A stretch of 14,974 bases of DNA, taken from Thermoplasmatota archaeon. Lineage in GTDB: Archaea > Thermoplasmatota > E2 > JACPAO01 > JAHFTW01. Each line of letters opens with the position of its first letter. Position 1 is the stretch's first letter. A program made the translations under genes and the position numbers. Under the pieces are notes generated by a model, which did not search any database, had not been told where the DNA came from, and saw nothing but the letters and a program-made list of their open reading frames with translations. The stretch lies in contig JBFIHX010000022.1 of the NCBI GenBank assembly GCA_041601615.1, positions 1 through 14,974 on the forward strand, written 5' to 3'. Below are positions 13,756 to 14,974 of this stretch, in pieces.

Positions 13756-14811
13756 ATGCAGACCGTGACCCTCTCCTCTCTTGACCAAGAATCCTGGCCA
13801 CTAGACGCCAGCAATTTCCTTGGCGCCATTCAAAACAAGTCCAACCTCCTGCGCGAAGGCCACGCCGCCGGATTGAAAGCCGCTCCCGGCCCCCTCCGCG
13901 CCTCTGGCTTGCTGTTTGCCGGCATGGGATTCAGCGGCATCTCCGCCAACCTCGTCAAAGACGCGGCCACGAGAGCCCTGGACATGCCCTTCTCCATCGT
14001 CAAGCACTACCAGTTCCCGCACCACGTCAAGCGCGACTGGATGACCCTTGCAGTTTCGTACTCAGGTGAAACCGAGGAGACGCTGGAAGTCACACGAGAA
14101 AGCCGCCGCCGCGAGGTCCCGGTCACCGTCTTCACAACCGGTGGCACCATCCAAGAACTCGGCGACTACGTTGTGCCCCAGCCCACAGGCTACCAACCAC
14201 GCGCCGCCCTCGGCTACAGTTGGTTCAGTTTGCTCGGATTCCTCGAAGGAACCGGCATGATGCACGACCAAGTGCCCGTCGAAGGAGCCGTCGCCGCCGT
14301 GCTCGAAGTGGATGCGGCGTGCGGCCCGGATGTACCCGAGGAGCAAAACGAAGCCAAACAACTGGCCCGAAAGCTGCACGAAAAAGTGCCGCAAATCTAC
14401 GCCACGCCGGCCTTCTACGGCGTCGGTCTGCACTTCCGGGGCATGCTCAACGAGAACGCCAAGAAAATCGCCCACGTGGACCTCATCCCCGAATGCAACC
14501 ACAACGACCTCACCGGCTGGGGCGACGACCCGAACCGCAGCCACTTCACCGTCCTGGCGCTTAGCCACGCGGAACAAAACCCGCAGATTGTCAAGCGCAT
14601 CGGCTTCATGCGCGACCGCTACACCGCTTGGGGCCTACCCTGGCACCACCGCCAGTTCAACCCGGTGCACAGCTTCCAACAGCACGTCATCGAACAGGCC
14701 CGCGCTATCCAATTCTTGGACTATGCCAGTTTCTATGTGGCGATGCTTCGCGGTGAAGATCCCAGTGAAATCCGCGAAATCAAGGGCCTCAAAGCGCACT
14801 TGAAAGCTTGA
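13756..14811 (+). CDS. SIS-domain bifunctional phosphoglucose/phosphomannose isomerase (PGI/PMI) family protein
   Basis: AGMGFSG (family GMGGSG), SYSGETEETL, TTGG, QPRAA, LNENAK, PECNHND. Confidence 0.85.
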   Translation: MQTVTLSSLDQESWPLDASNFLGAIQNKSNLLREGHAAGLKAAPGPLRASGLLFAGMGFSGISANLVKDAATRALDMPFSIVKHYQFPHHVKRDWMTLAVSYSGETEETLEVTRESRRREVPVTVFTTGGTIQELGDYVVPQPTGYQPRAALGYSWFSLLGFLEGTGMMHDQVPVEGAVAAVLEVDAACGPDVPEEQNEAKQLARKLHEKVPQIYATPAFYGVGLHFRGMLNENAKKIAHVDLIPECNHNDLTGWGDDPNRSHFTVLALSHAEQNPQIVKRIGFMRDRYTAWGLPWHHRQFNPVHSFQQHVIEQARAIQFLDYASFYVAMLRGEDPSEIREIKGLKAHLKA

Positions 14812-14974
14812 ATCGCAGGGGACTCGCAGGCGGATCGCCCTGGATCGTCGGCCGGAGGCCGGCGGTCCCCCAGGTAATCCGAGGGGCGGAGCCCCTAGGT
14901 TCTACGTCGCGATGCTTGGCGGTGAAGATCCCAGCGAAATCCGCGAAATCAAGGGCCTCAAAGCGCACTTGAAA
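14731..14974 (+). repeat. Direct repeat of at least 75 bp (14731-14805 and 14900-14974; period 169 bp) duplicating the 3' end of the PGI/PMI gene
   Basis: The copies differ at 4 of 75 positions (tat/tac, gtg/gtc, cgc/ggc, agt/agc). The second copy runs off the window end. Confidence 0.97.
14818..14899. repeat. GC-rich palindromic (REP/MITE-like) element with C-GGA-G triloop hairpins
   Basis: GGATCGTCGGCC-GGA-GGCCGGCGGTCC (14842-14868) and CCgAGGGGC-GGA-GCCCCTaGG (14879-14899). Confidence 0.6.

Noticed and set aside
14731-14974. Diversity-generating retroelement VR/TR pair
   Set aside because: The mismatches are not at adenines on the coding strand and are mostly synonymous; no reverse transcriptase is in the window and the target is a housekeeping enzyme.

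Overview
A GC-rich archaeal cell-envelope locus. PGF-CTERM anchors, an archaeal-type GlmU and TATA-like boxes about 25-35 nt before start codons point to Euryarchaeota or Thermoplasmatota; the taxonomy is my inference. Gene order: 3' end of a PGF-CTERM surface protein (+); a 1031-aa paralogous surface protein with DxDxDG-type repeats, an FN3-like domain and a PGL anchor (+); a GT-C-fold (ArnT/PMT-like) membrane glycosyltransferase (-); an unknown 4-TM protein (+); a degenerate GlmU-like nucleotidyltransferase coupled to glmS (+); a second copy of the 4-TM domain fused to an acidic linker and tandem HhH domain (+); convergent, overlapping tatA (+) and tatC (-); an intact glmU (+); and a PGI/PMI-family isomerase (+). 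The 3' 75 bp of the isomerase gene are duplicated downstream of a small hairpin-rich element. The most interesting signals are the paralogous 4-TM/Cx11C pair (one copy HhH-tethered), the repeat surface protein that lacks N-glycosylation sequons next to a GT-C enzyme, several structured intergenic regions, and the hairpin-associated 3'-end duplication. All calls come from motif recognition by eye; no searches were run.
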